A stretch of DNA of 64,000 nt from Syncephalis fuscata S228 (Eukaryota; Fungi; Zoopagomycota): the NCBI GenBank assembly GCA_025786725.1, contig JAHLTZ010000007.1, positions 558,001-622,000 of the forward strand, in the 5' to 3' direction. Positions 1 through 12,908 of the stretch are shown here, piece after piece (the first letter of the stretch is position 1; each line of letters begins with the position of its first letter). The notes below the pieces were generated by a model that ran no database searches, had not been told where the DNA came from, and saw only the letters and a program-made list of their open reading frames with translations. The translations under genes and the position numbers were made by a program.

Positions 1-321
1 TGTATTGAACTTGTTTGCAGAACATTTTTATAGCCTAGAATCCCGTATTATAATTATATTTGCGCGGTCGCAGGTTCGTCCGCTTGACGTTTTGCGACCG
101 CGTTACTTAATATCGACAACTATTTTGTACTGTGTTTATCTTCCACAAAAAATTGATACTAGCCAGTTTATTTCATATTATACTATGGCATTTGCTGTTT
201 ATCCAAGCAATGGCCTCTGGAAAAAACTAAATATTTTATTAACATCTTCTTTTTGGATCCATTTACTCGCACAACGTCACGAGCGCTGGCGGATCAAAAA
301 ACACCCGATTCAGCGATAGAT

Positions 322-2749
322 ATGAGTGGCCAAAGCACCATGTCTTTTTCCAATGCTCCATCAGAGGGACATAATAACTCGCCTTATGGTATTGAGTACT
401 CTGCGATTAACATTGCAGCGTTAGCTGTTATAGTGGCTTTATCGTCTGCCAGCGCAGCAGTTTTCTATAGACTACGGGATGCGCCATCAATTCGATATCG
501 ATTGCCGTTCGATTCACTGTTATTTGTATTTTGTGGCACCTTACTCTGTACCTTAATTTTCCTTCGCGAAGCATTAATACCTCATTTTCCGTGCTGGGTT
601 CTTTTATGGGGAGCGTACATTTTGCTTCCACTTTGTTTTTGGCTATCAGTAGCACGTATCAGCATGCTTGTGGCGGTCTACCGCATTAATGAAGCATCAG
701 CAGCTCGTATTGCATGGCAACTTCAATTGAGATCGAACAATTGTCGTATGGCTGCTGCAGCTACCATTGTCGATGAACATCGCAATACTATCATCTCATT
801 TGATGAAACCAGGCTTTCCACGAAGCCATCGCAGACATCACTAGAAACCGATACACAGGAAATGCAACGGCTTGTTAAATCCGATCGAATTGCCGTTACC
901 AATACGAGTGCATCGCCGTTGAGAAACTCGGTGCTATGTAAACCGGCAATTGACGAAACATATGCCCAGTCAAGCGGAGGATGGTCGCATAGATCTTTTG
1001 TTACACTCAATCAGCCATCATTTGATCCAGCAGCGAGCGATCCTCCACAGCGTAGTCGATCAGTTGTTTTTTGGGAAAAATATCGTACTTTGCAATCGGC
1101 ACGTAATCGCTTTATTTATTTAACCGCTTATCTAGCCATCATGGTATCTATATTATTAATCATTCATATTTATTCAAGCGAGAATTCATTCACCAAAATG
1201 GATACTGGAGATAACAAATGCATTACTGGATGGGAACGTTATTTGCTTTATGTAATCATTAGTGTTTACACTGTAGTTGCGCAACCGGCAACACTGTATC
1301 TTGCACGCAATATTAGAGATAACTTTAGCATTTGGTTTGAATGCCTCATTACCGCAATTTTAACTTTCATTTTGTATAGTGCTTATCTTGTCTTGCTTTT
1401 TATCCCTTCATATGTTTCAGTGCACTTTATGGCCTATCTTTTCGTAGCTCAAGTTGTAATGACACAAGCTGTATCAATTTTTCGACCTGCTTTAAATGAG
1501 TGGCAGCAGCGCGGCCGTGTTAAACGGCTTCAGGATGTAAATAATGGCAGTATATCACGCACTAGCTTCCGCTCTATGATTGACGATACATTTTTATTTA
1601 ACCAGGTATGTTAACAATAATTACAAGGTTATTAAAATACTAATGTTTAATTAACTAGTTTAAAGAGTTTACATTGCGAGACTTTAGTATTGAAAATGTT
1701 CTGTTTATTGAAGCATGTATTGCTGTGTTGGCCATTTTACATTCAGATATGGCACGTAGTCTTGGGCTGCCTCCAGACACCGCACCATCTGCCCTTACAG
1801 TGGGTGTGTTACGTCGTGCACATACAGTTGCAGAAACAAGTGCTCATGGCCGATCGATGCGACAGCTGAACGTGGCAAGTTTCAACGTAAATTTTCTTCT
1901 TATCATGAAATATCCAAAAGACATAATGAGTCAGCCGATATGTTGGTTTCATGTGAAGTCTGGCATAGACTACAGCTTATTCACGAGATATTTTTATCGG
2001 GTGAATCGTTCATGCAAGTCAATCTGCCAGATCACACATATCGTCAACTACTGGACATCATTACAATTGCCCATGCTTCACATCAAATACGATCTCGCAA
2101 CAATTCCTGTGTTTGTTCCGAGAATAAAGCACATGGCACTAATACAATAAATAGAGCAAAATATTTATTTGTCACTACGCAGGGTCCAACAGGTATTACA
2201 CCTACATCCGAAGCGGCAGTGTCTCCAACAACGTTTTCGTCGTCATCGCCGCCAGCATCGCCACAGTCCCCGCATACAACCGGCACACAGATATCTGGTT
2301 CAGTCAGTCGGTACTCATTCTCTAGCGATAAACGCAAAAGTATGAATACAGGCTTAAGCACCAGTAACACTAACGACACAAGAGAAGCACTGCAAAGCCA
2401 TGTTATCAATGAGGACCGAATAAGTCTAAGCGAAGAGGAAATTGTTGAAACAACAACAAAAGCTATGGGAGGTTGCAGCTGCAATAGGCTCGAATCGGGA
2501 ATCCACGGCAATGCACGTCCGACAGTAGCCAGATCGCAAAGTGCCATGGCGGTTGTTTGTACAAAATCATGCGATAATCTACAAAGCGATACGCAAAATC
2601 TACACGATGACGACCTATTGTCCTCCAGTTTTGATCCGCTGCGTGCAATTACAGCTATTGAAGAGGCCCGTGAAGAAGTGGAAACACTTGTTATGTTTGA
2701 TACTTACCAACGTTTTTTGTTAGCACAAAGATTCAATTTGGAGAAATAA
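322..2749 (+). CDS. 7TM-RGS protein (GPCR-like membrane domain fused to C-terminal RGS domain; GprK/AtRGS1-type architecture)
   Basis: Seven hydrophobic segments in ORF 253-1614 with PCW and KCITGWE cysteines. GT-AG intron 1606-1658 joins to FKEFTLRDFSIENVLF (RGS helix 3-4). A frame change near 1850-1862 leads to IHEIFLSGESFMQVNL and EEAREEVETLVMFDTYQRFL. First in-frame ATG at 322. Confidence 0.85.
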
Positions 2750-3317
2750 AACTTGTTATTATAAACAACACATCACGCTTCTGCGCTCGACACGTTGGTG
2801 AGTAGCGTGAATTTCGCTGACACTTAAAACCGTTTCACAAGTACTCATTATTCACTTGTAAGTAAGGCGAGTAATGGCCTTGATCCTTGAAATACCTGTC
2901 TTTAACCACAGCTATTCTTGGCGTCCAATGATCGTTTGTAATCTTATTCAATCTGTACTTACGGGTGACTGTTAATAAATTATCTCAAATAATATGATTA
3001 TACACCTTGTATCGGTGTTATCCTTGAGTAAGCTGAAAAGTCGGAGTAATTATTTCCATTTATGGTTATCGTGTATGGCTATGTTAATAATATTCTACGT
3101 TCTTTTCTACTAATATTACTGGTAATGGGCATACATATATTGATGCCGATATTGTAACAAATTGCCAGCCAACATATTTATCTTACGAAGCCTTTTCGCG
3201 TATATTTACATTCAATACGGCCATTATCACCGCCATCACTGCTATTACTACTGCTACTACCTTCGTTATTACAACTACTAAAATACTGGTTATTTATATC
3301 ATTAATTTAATAACATT

Positions 3318-5180
3318 ATGGGCTTACGACTACTCGATGGGGAAGAGCCACATGTCGGTGCAGCTACCGGCTACTATGTGCTGTTTTTTATTTGTGAAAT
3401 ATGCATTATTGCTAGTACGATTTTGTTTTATCGCCAACGCCACGATCCTAGTGTGTGGCGTCGAGCATGGTCGCTCACGGTTGTGAACGCTGTATCAGCC
3501 ATGATTATGGGAGGGTTTTTCCTTGTACGTACGACTATTTATCCGGATGTTCCGTGTTGGATTAGCCGTTGGATCATATCGTTGACAGGAACTACCTGGG
3601 CATTGTCGTGGATTTGCCGTATATTCTACGTAATAGCATTCTATCGGATTAGAAGCGTAAAAGATATTTGTGCTAGTAAAGAATGTGATAGCTACTTAGC
3701 ACAGATAAAATATGCGCAATCGAAACTCATGGCCTATAATGGCAGCCATCCTAGTCCAATTGGTATTGATTCTTTAATGAGTAAAGTACAGTCAAAACAA
3801 CCATTCGACGCCATCAACGAGCATGAGAGATGTCAAGTAACAGGCCAGGACTTTTTATTACCAATAACCACCAATTCAACATCTATCTCAAGTATTAATA
3901 CCAGCAATAATAGTGCTAAACACAAATTAAGCACTGATGTATTTTATAAACATCGTAACTTATGCACAGTCAAATCATTAATAATATTAATAAGCATCAT
4001 TACAGCGTGTCTTGCCTTGATTATTGGCATCTTCGACGCAACCAGCGCCATTGGTTCAGTACATGATATGCCAAGCAATTACGGCGCACTACAAGACTGT
4101 ACAATGAACAATGGATATATTCCATTATTTTTAATTATTGGAATAGCAATTCTATTCATAGCTCCAATATTGGGATATCTACTATACAATTTACACGATC
4201 CATACCGTATTAGAACCGAACTTTACGTAAGTGTGGTTATAGTTGTATGTGCCATTATAGCCCACTTTGGAGTGCTCTTTAGCTATTATCTTGGAGAATC
4301 GCGCCGAGTATTTTTCTCGCCTTCGGTCATTCTTGTTATGGGATGTATTTTTACTCATGGGTTATTTGTATTTTGGCCCACTATTACCTCAATGTTAAAA
4401 CTGCCAAAACAAAAAACCAACGACATATCAGTTGCAGTATTTAGAGAAAATATGCAGGATCCCAGATATTATGCGGCGTTTAAAGCATTTGCCGCCGATG
4501 AGTACTCGATTGATAATGTCATTTTCTATCGTTTAGCGCTGGCTGTTCTAGTACAAAACAAAACAAAAGATGCACCACCAGCCACAAGTTCATGTGAACA
4601 GCCAGCGACACCATTAACACATGTGATTATTGATAGCAATACAATTAAAATGCAGCAATTAGAAGGTCATTATGTAAGAATTGGACTAACTAAATGGATG
4701 GACGATATATTTTTCGCCAAAAATGCGCCTATGGAAGCAAATATTTCGGTTAATCTACGCAAAATGCTACATATTAAAGTGTGCAGCGGACAACTGGTCA
4801 GCATTGAGTTGTCTAGAGCTTTGGCACAAGTTGAGGCGGCACTTTACACCTATGCTTTACCACGGTTTATAAATTCAGGCTTTTATCCACAACAAAGTCG
4901 GTTTAACAACGACTTCGACTCTGATAAAAATATCATAACCATAAAAGTAAATGACGATAATGAAATGACTGCTTTCGAACAAGAACTGCTGCATCAACAT
5001 CGCATCGAGAACCGTGCCGACAGCGCCTCGTCTTTAGAGTCGGTGAAAGAATGGTTGCGCAGAAAGCGTTCCTCAATTGTTGAAACGGTGACAAAGCGAA
5101 GTAGTACGCTTAGTCTTGTCCGAACAATTAGTAGGCGTAACACAGAAACGCAACTACCACCCATAGTTCGCAAATTTTGA
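3318..5180 (+). CDS. 7TM-RGS protein, tandem paralog
   Basis: Single 620-aa ORF with seven hydrophobic segments and a PCW motif, then RGS motifs FKAFAADEYSIDNVIFY, DIFFAKNAPMEANIS and LYTYALPRF. Confidence 0.85.
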   Translation: MGLRLLDGEEPHVGAATGYYVLFFICEICIIASTILFYRQRHDPSVWRRAWSLTVVNAVSAMIMGGFFLVRTTIYPDVPCWISRWIISLTGTTWALSWICRIFYVIAFYRIRSVKDICASKECDSYLAQIKYAQSKLMAYNGSHPSPIGIDSLMSKVQSKQPFDAINEHERCQVTGQDFLLPITTNSTSISSINTSNNSAKHKLSTDVFYKHRNLCTVKSLIILISIITACLALIIGIFDATSAIGSVHDMPSNYGALQDCTMNNGYIPLFLIIGIAILFIAPILGYLLYNLHDPYRIRTELYVSVVIVVCAIIAHFGVLFSYYLGESRRVFFSPSVILVMGCIFTHGLFVFWPTITSMLKLPKQKTNDISVAVFRENMQDPRYYAAFKAFAADEYSIDNVIFYRLALAVLVQNKTKDAPPATSSCEQPATPLTHVIIDSNTIKMQQLEGHYVRIGLTKWMDDIFFAKNAPMEANISVNLRKMLHIKVCSGQLVSIELSRALAQVEAALYTYALPRFINSGFYPQQSRFNNDFDSDKNIITIKVNDDNEMTAFEQELLHQHRIENRADSASSLESVKEWLRRKRSSIVETVTKRSSTLSLVRTISRRNTETQLPPIVRKF

Positions 5181-7365
5181 AAGATTACACTAACATGTGC
5201 TATCGGCAAATCGCATTCAACTTAAATTGACATTAATTTGCATATAATAGTTTTTGCCATACTTAATAAACAGCAATGTATACTTCTACACTATTTGCAA
5301 ATATCAGTGATTTACTAGTACTTGGGGGAAATTATGGACTGCCATGCTAGCTTTCAAACTTCAAATTGCCTGAGATGGTACTTGATAGCACGTGGAAATG
5401 ACGAACGAAATTAGTCAATGGGTCTGTCTTGTTTCATAATTTCGTGTTAAACTTCTATAAAGAGTATTTTTGTTATATGACAATGAGATTGCCACCACTT
5501 TAAGAAGCCTCATCACTTCCCAGACGTTGTACCGAATGATAGTATTAGCAGTCGTCTATTTTAATGGTAAGTAGAATACTACACTTTTGGATAAAATGGA
5601 TGATAGGCCAACGGATAATCTTAAGCTGTTGTTTTCAAAAGTAATAACGGCGTGCCTTGTACGGAATTTGTAAAAGATGACGCATTTACTATTTCCTTAT
5701 ACTCACTTTGCACTATGCTTGCCGTTTAACCAGCCAAAGCCATTTGTTTCACTTTCATTGACACATATGCTCGGCCAAATAATTCCTATGCTTTCGGTTT
5801 TTTGTCAAATTGTCAATAAGGCATGAATGGCAGGTCATAGTGATTTTAAACAGCTTTTACTTAGTCCTCTGCTACCATCGCTAGTAAATCTAAAATACTT
5901 GTTGCTATTTAATAAAGTAATGGCAAAGCAATTATATATGCATAACTAATGTACATATTATACCACATTTAGCAGGCTGATATATTATAATATACTAATT
6001 AGAATAAACTATTACTTCATGCATGTCGCATTTCACATGTTACGAAATGATCATAAGGGATGGCGACTACTTTCACATGTGTGGAGCTGATGCCGGCCTG
6101 ATAGCAAAGTAAAAAAGCCCTTGTCCGTCCCACGCGGTGTCTTTCCTAAATTGCTGGTCATAAGCTGTTGCAGCCCATCACTAAAATGGGCGCAATGCTT
6201 AGTACGAAAGCGGCCAAGTAAAAAAACGGTCTTGCCATCTTTGTTGTTTGATAGATTTAGGTTGGTGTAAATTCGTGTTACTTAATGATTCAAACTATTG
6301 CCGATGTCTTGGCCAATACGCTTTCCACGTGTTGGTGGTTTTTTTTATTTTTCTTAATATAAATAGATAGGTCATAAAGAGTCGGGCTGGATATTGCTTG
6401 TGTGTTTACTATTGCCTGCGCTATATTTTATTCTTGAGACTATTGTTTCCTACTTTTAGTTACTAATTTTCCAGTTAATTATTTACTTCTTCGTTGTTTG
6501 AAACGGCGCGTGAACTGGAAACAATCTTGTTTACCGGCCACACGTATAATTTAGCAAATTGGAAAGTCGTGCATGGTCTTTGTTTTGATTTTTTTAACTT
6601 GATTTGGCCCGTGTTTGGTCACCTTTTTGATCACTACTCCGTACTGCGACTAACCGTCGAAATTCACTTATAAGCTGTATACGTTCCAATCTTGTTCCTT
6701 CAATCTGCCAACTATCACGATCCTCTCCACTTATCAGTAGACATCACGATTTCAGTCTTACAAATCCCATTAACACACTTCAAGTTTCTATCACTCTGTT
6801 TCACAATTTTATGCGTACGTGTACGACAATTCAATCTTCAATTGAAGCCTTTTGATTTTACGGCCTTTTCTCCATCACGCCATATATACCAACACAAACA
6901 TTTCTAGAAGAACTCTTGAACGCTGTTCATCCGTTCAAAAACAACTTAACTAACAAATATCCTTTGGTCTTGCAGTAAAACGCAGTGTCGTAAGTTTATT
7001 GTTTCATTGAAATGTTTTGATTTCATTGTCCTGTTATGGTTAAAAATAGTTTTAATGCCATAATGTTCTCAATGTTGCATAAATACATCACATACTTTAT
7101 GACATTTGGCTGGCATCATTTACTAATTAATTATTATCATAGGCATTCAACTTGGCATCACTGATTCAATATTCTAACTGCATTATAGCGCCTTATCCCT
7201 CATTGATCCTTTGCGTGCATCATCTTCATTTATCTAAGCGTTTTCTCAGTTTTGTTCATGTCTTTGTCTACCATGTAAGTTATCATTTAGATATATATAA
7301 ATATGATTATATCTGTGATTATATTTATTTATTATTTAACTATTTATATTTAATTTTATTATAGC

Positions 7366-9651
7366 ATGCCTATTGCTGCTAGCAATAGCAATACTGGAAA
7401 TAGCAATAACACCGAGTTAATGCTTAAAATTACAAACGAAGGTCCATTTTATCCTGGTGATTCAATCAATGGTAGGTTTTTTATTAAAAAAGGCGATAAA
7501 GACTCATTATTTGTAAAATTAGGCCAAGTCGTTATCTGTTTACCCTATCAATGCCTTCATGGTGAATTAACCGTTCGCCTATTCGGTATTCTTGATACTC
7601 AAGCGGGGGGTCATTTAAATGTTGATATTAAAGAATTCCACACACAGGAAATCAAACTATGGTTTAATTCAGAAAACCAACCAGAAGGTAGTCATAACAA
7701 CAATACATCGCGTAATAATCGCGGTTATCCTATTCGCGGCCCATTGCCCTCGGGTAACCGTGCATTCTCCTTTTCATTTACCTTGCCTGATGGTATTTAC
7801 GCGCTACCTAGCTCGTTTGATGCGCCTCAAAATCAATTGCGCTACACTGTGCGTAGTGAATTGAAAGGTGTATTCCGTTCGGCAAGCACCGAGTCCAAAA
7901 TTGGCCAACTTTACTCGCAATTCATGCCGGGAACGATTGTTCGTCGTGCCGAACGAACTGTTTCAGTATGTAATCATGTTGACGCTGACCAGCCCCAGCT
8001 ATGCCGACCTGTTCACCAAGTGGGCCAGTTAGCGCGCGCAGGGTGGATCAGTAAGCTAACACGCGTCGCCGCAAGTGTTGGTAATGGTCTACGTTCAAAG
8101 AAATCACCCGCTATGGGCGGCATTGCTTCGCCATTGTCGCCGTCATCGCCGGCTATTTCAGCATCGCCATCACCAGTGTCGGGTATGGAGACGAGCAACA
8201 TGCCTCGTCTACGTCTCACGATGCCTCGTACCGGTTACTGTGCCGGCGAATGGGTAAATATGACCATCGGTATGGATTGTGCAAACGATTCAGTCTTGCC
8301 AACGATTGAACTATCAACACCATCATTAGCATCGCCACCTTCATTGACCTCGATATCATCGGCATCATCAGTATCTGATACGGTGAGTATTGAGGAAGAT
8401 CCTAGCAACGAGTATAATCCAACTATTGTGCGTCATCGTTCTAATAGTCTTTTTGACAATGCTTCATTCAACAGTTCATTGTCACGACAACCCAGCGACC
8501 GCCGTCGTCGTGCTACACTTTCAGAAGTAGCGCCAAACAATAGCAATTTTCTTCAAGTACCATTGCAGTCCAATGGCCATATGGATCACATATCATTGGC
8601 TTCATCGGGCATGACACGTACATTTGTGCCAAATTCTGGCGATAAATTAGCGATTGATATTTTATTGCGACGCGAAATTACCTGCACTGCTAACAATAGT
8701 CGTGAGGTGGAGCGCGCAGCCATTGCCGTTGGTACACACCAGTTTAGCGATGCAAAAGGTGGTGCCATTGAACTGCGCCTACCTTCTTCAGTTATTCCAA
8801 CTGTTGACGATTCGGCCGTTGGTGTTTTTATTAGTTATCACTTGAAGGTGACGGCACGATTCACAACTCGTCGCAAGTCTTCCTCTTATGGTTCAAGCCT
8901 TCTACTTGGCAATGGCCTTCAAACACACATTTGTGTGTTGCGTGTACCCATTACCGTTGGTAATTGCCGATTAAGCCAGCAATTTGACGCACTGCCGCTC
9001 TATCAAGATGCCTGTAATCTACCGCCAGCTTATGAATCATTGCTGCCTTTTGCTAATATAACTAGAGAATTATCAGCTACAACTATGAATGCTGCGCCCG
9101 TTGTTGATGTTGTGCCTGCTACACCAGGTATCGTTACAAACACAACAATCCCGGCTACCACCATGACGGCTATCAATGCAGAGGCTTCCTCTGAACACAC
9201 TATATATCAATTGGAGTTGCCACGCTTTAGTGCTTCTTCATTTGCTGCCAGCTATAGTCAACTGTCATGCCCATCAAGCTTCCCTGACTCTTCATTTGCC
9301 GTATCACCGCTGAGCGATGATGCCACAACAGTTTTTGACGAGCCATCGCCATCCTTTGCAGCCGGTAACTGGTGGAAGCAACATCCTTCTGGTACACATA
9401 GCATGCCTACGACGCCGACGCAGCATACAGAGCCGATCAGCTTGCTAACCATTTCACCAAGTGTATTTGCCGCTGCCTTGGTCCGACATGAGCGTGCTTA
9501 TGCATCCGCACCATGCTCGCCCCTCGTCGCTGAATTCGCGCGGTACAAGTCGCCGACTTCGTCAACGCCCGAATTTCAATTGCCCATGCTAGATGTTGAA
9601 GGCCTACCAAAAGCTTATGATTCGCCGGCCACCATCAACGGCTGGGTCTAA
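7366..9651 (+). CDS. Alpha-arrestin (Arrestin_N/Arrestin_C, PY motifs)
   Basis: FYPGDSING, FSFSFTLP..LPSSF, LRYTVRSEL, RTGYCAGE, VPITVG, and LPLY/LPPAY motifs. A probable in-frame 51-nt intron at 7472-7522 (gtaggt...ttag). Upstream gtaagt...ag pairs near 6990-7142 and 7275-7364 look like 5' UTR introns. Confidence 0.85.
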   Translation: MPIAASNSNTGNSNNTELMLKITNEGPFYPGDSINGRFFIKKGDKDSLFVKLGQVVICLPYQCLHGELTVRLFGILDTQAGGHLNVDIKEFHTQEIKLWFNSENQPEGSHNNNTSRNNRGYPIRGPLPSGNRAFSFSFTLPDGIYALPSSFDAPQNQLRYTVRSELKGVFRSASTESKIGQLYSQFMPGTIVRRAERTVSVCNHVDADQPQLCRPVHQVGQLARAGWISKLTRVAASVGNGLRSKKSPAMGGIASPLSPSSPAISASPSPVSGMETSNMPRLRLTMPRTGYCAGEWVNMTIGMDCANDSVLPTIELSTPSLASPPSLTSISSASSVSDTVSIEEDPSNEYNPTIVRHRSNSLFDNASFNSSLSRQPSDRRRRATLSEVAPNNSNFLQVPLQSNGHMDHISLASSGMTRTFVPNSGDKLAIDILLRREITCTANNSREVERAAIAVGTHQFSDAKGGAIELRLPSSVIPTVDDSAVGVFISYHLKVTARFTTRRKSSSYGSSLLLGNGLQTHICVLRVPITVGNCRLSQQFDALPLYQDACNLPPAYESLLPFANITRELSATTMNAAPVVDVVPATPGIVTNTTIPATTMTAINAEASSEHTIYQLELPRFSASSFAASYSQLSCPSSFPDSSFAVSPLSDDATTVFDEPSPSFAAGNWWKQHPSGTHSMPTTPTQHTEPISLLTISPSVFAAALVRHERAYASAPCSPLVAEFARYKSPTSSTPEFQLPMLDVEGLPKAYDSPATINGWV

Positions 9652-10273
9652 GCTTTACTGATTCCCTTATCTTCTTTCTCGCCAACTATCCATCATACAC
9701 TTATCGCGTTTTTACTAATTCGAATTGATTAGTTTTATATTAATAGCTTTGTTGTTTCTTTTTTTGTTCAACCGCTTTACTTGCTTGTACTTTGCGGATT
9801 TTGCTCATTTCCCTACTATTGTTCATTGTGTATCTCGATAGACGAACAGGCAAGATCTATCAGAGCATTCGACTAGTGAATAACAGTGAAAAGTAGTTGT
9901 CGCTTAATAAACTATTGTTTTCATTAATCTTTTTTTTATATTTGGCGTTAAATGATATTAATTCTTTATTATGTTGACTATTTTATTAATGTCAAATAAC
10001 TTTTATTCTTAATGCATTTATTTATTTACTATTAATCTGTTCTATGATGTACCGACATGTTGGGTAGATTGACTTTTATTATTTCATATTGCATTTATTA
10101 ATAAATTAACTCGGCTGTTTATAAATATTGACTGACAGGCTCACAGCTCACAATCTACGTCATCACATTTTCCTTTCTCTTTCTTTACACTTGACAACAT
10201 ATACCCATAGCATATACTTGTACACACTATATATACCATCTAAATAATGTCAATAGTTGAATGACTACTAGTT

Positions 10274-10555
10274 ATGTACAAACATCTTCTACACTATGTA
10301 CTTGCATTGCTCTTATTTAATCTTATCTTCTTTTTACAAATCACCATTACTCCGATCATTGCTTTTGGCAGCTTTGTTGACACGGTAAGTGCATTTTTGG
10401 CTTGTTTTATATTATGTTAAACATATGATGTCAAAATATCGCTGTATGCTTTGTTTTACTATGAGTAGTATTACAGGTTGTTTAGCAATAGTATGTACAA
10501 TTTCAATAGCGACAGTGTAATCTGCTGCTATAAAGACTGTACAAACTGTTGTTAG
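10274..10555 (+). CDS. Putative small secreted Cys-rich peptide (2 exons: 10274-10384, 10469-10555; 65 aa)
   Basis: Exon 1 reads MYKHLLHYVLALLLFNLIFFLQITITPIIAFGSFVDT (signal-peptide-like) and ends at a gtaagt donor at 10385. Splicing to tag at 10468 gives YYRLFSNSMYNFNSDSVICCYKDCTNCC*. The acceptor choice is uncertain. Confidence 0.4.
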
Positions 10556-11260
10556 TATGAGCTGCAGTGGCAATCTATGGCAAACCAAACTATACAGTGA
10601 TTATGGCTGCTATATAAATACAACAATATATTTACTAGTGTATAGCCAGTAGTTAATGGTACAGTACTGCATTGAGCCTTTCGTTATCACAGTGTTTGTT
10701 TTGACCCGATATTGTAACTGTCGTCATTGCTAGTGACTGGCCAGTAATTGCACATTCTCTGGTTATATTCTACCAGTTTGCATTTTAAATGCGCCTTATT
10801 TCTTAGAATTTGTAGATAAATATTAGTACATTTTATTGAATTACATATGCAATTGCAAATAATAGCAATATCATACAAATGATTGTGTGGTCTATTGTCA
10901 ATTGCTTAATAATAATACTGACAATTAACATTAACTGTTGTTGTGCGTAACTAGAGCTGTCAGACAATGAACATTTGCTCTTTTTGTCTCAAAACACCAG
11001 TTTTTAGTTCAGCTATCGTTTTGTGATCATCTTAACGTGTGGATTCAAAGATAAAATACTAGTGTTGTTATTCTTATTTATCTTATTACAATTCAAATAA
11101 TAAATATTAAATGTAACTAATATTTAATAAACAATATTATATAGCTATTAAATTTGTACTATTATTCTATCTACCATGATAACACAAAATTTATATTTAT
11201 TTATATTAGTAAAAATTAAATAAAAACATTGTTTATTGATTAATATTTGTAAAGATTGTA

Positions 11261-12908
11261 CTAAACATGTGTAGTGCCAGATACCTGTCGGCCACGTACC
11301 CAAACATTTAGAATGTTACGATCGTCACCACACATTAGAAACTTTTCCAACCTTCTTAAATATACTGGCTCTTCATTATCATGATGACTATTGGTGGATT
11401 CTGGTTCAAAGAATTTGACAGGACTATTAGGTGTAGCTATATCAATAAGCAATGCATCAAATTCATAGCCTGGCTGCAATAAGTTGCCGACTTTACTGTG
11501 TAGACCCATGGCTGATGCACCACCAACCGTCGCAAGATAAAGCGCTTCAGGGACAGATAGCTGTGAACGTGCTAGTACTGTATCATCTGGCAGGCTGTCG
11601 CTATTAGCATGCTTGTCAGCCTCCAAAATGCATACCATACGAGAGGCAGTAAGCGCGCTTCGAATTGCTTCAAGCATACTAGATGAATGACCACCTGCTA
11701 GATCGGTACCTAGGCCAACCTTAATACCTTCGTCAAGTAGCTGGCGTACATTTAAGACACCACTGCGAAGATCAAAGTTGCTATGTGCACAGTGGGACAC
11801 GGATGTGCCCGTTTCCTTCAATCGTCGTCGTTCTTCTGGTGATAAATGAACGCAATGAGCCATAATGGTTCGCTGGGAAAGAAGGCCGGCACGATCGTAG
11901 ACATCGGTATAGGAGCTTGTCTCGGGGAATAAACTGGCCACCCATTTAATTTCGGCACGATTCTCTGATAAATGTGTTTGAATCGGTAATTGTTCCTGTG
12001 CATTACGTTCACGCTGTAAATTTTCTTCGGCGGCTATTTTGCCCATCTGCTGTAATGACTCTGCTGAACATGTTGGTGCAAATCGAGGTGTTATGCATGG
12101 TTCGACTAAACCAACCGTTTGGTAATAATCGTTATTATTTGTGGCATTATCGTGGGCGGTCTTTGTTGCCATTTGCTTTGATTCAGCCTCATCTATCTGT
12201 TTTATATATTCAATAAGTTGTCGTGTCCCTTGAATGCTTTCCTCAGTCGTTTCACGATACCAATCAGGTGAATTTGATCCATACAAACTTTACCAACCCA
12301 TCCTCGTTGTCCAGCAGATCGCATTACATCAACTAAGCGCTGCGATCCTGCTGTATGTATTGTGCCGAAATAAGCAGCACATGTTGTTCCTGTCTTTAGC
12401 GTATGCTTTACTACTTCCTTATAAACCTTCAATGCATACGACTCGTCTTTATAGCGTGCTTCTTCGGGAAACGTGTATGTTTCAAGCCATTCCAACAATT
12501 GTAGATCAATGCCATTGCCGATAATTGTATATTGTGGTGCATGCTATATTTTAATTAAGGCTGTTAGTTACTGCTAATACACCGTGTAATGCAAACCACA
12601 TCTACCTACCAAATGTGTATCAATAAAGCCTGGTAATATAAACTGCCCATTTGATAAACATGTTATCTAAACCTACATAGTTAGTTTAAACATTTACTTA
12701 AGCCCGTGTTACATTTCCTTACTTTATCAATAGCGTATTTCTCTTTCATTTTCTCGAATTGTTCAGTTGTGGCATCACGTTCTATAAACGCAATTCTACC
12801 ACTATGATAGACACCTAGTAAAGCACAAGTAACAATATCCAGCTTATTTAGCGACTTTGGCTGAATAATAGTGCCATAAAGCAGATGGGCCAAACGAGCA
12901 ACAGTCAT
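11261..12908 (-). CDS. GUD1: Guanine deaminase (amidohydrolase family)
   Basis: PGFIDTH.HAPQY, LEWLETYTFPEE, GTTCAAYFGT, ITPRFAPTCS, QTHLSEN, MAHCVHL, VGLGTDLAGG, GDDRNI..VWVRG. Two introns at the 5' end and one frameshift near 12275. Confidence 0.93.
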
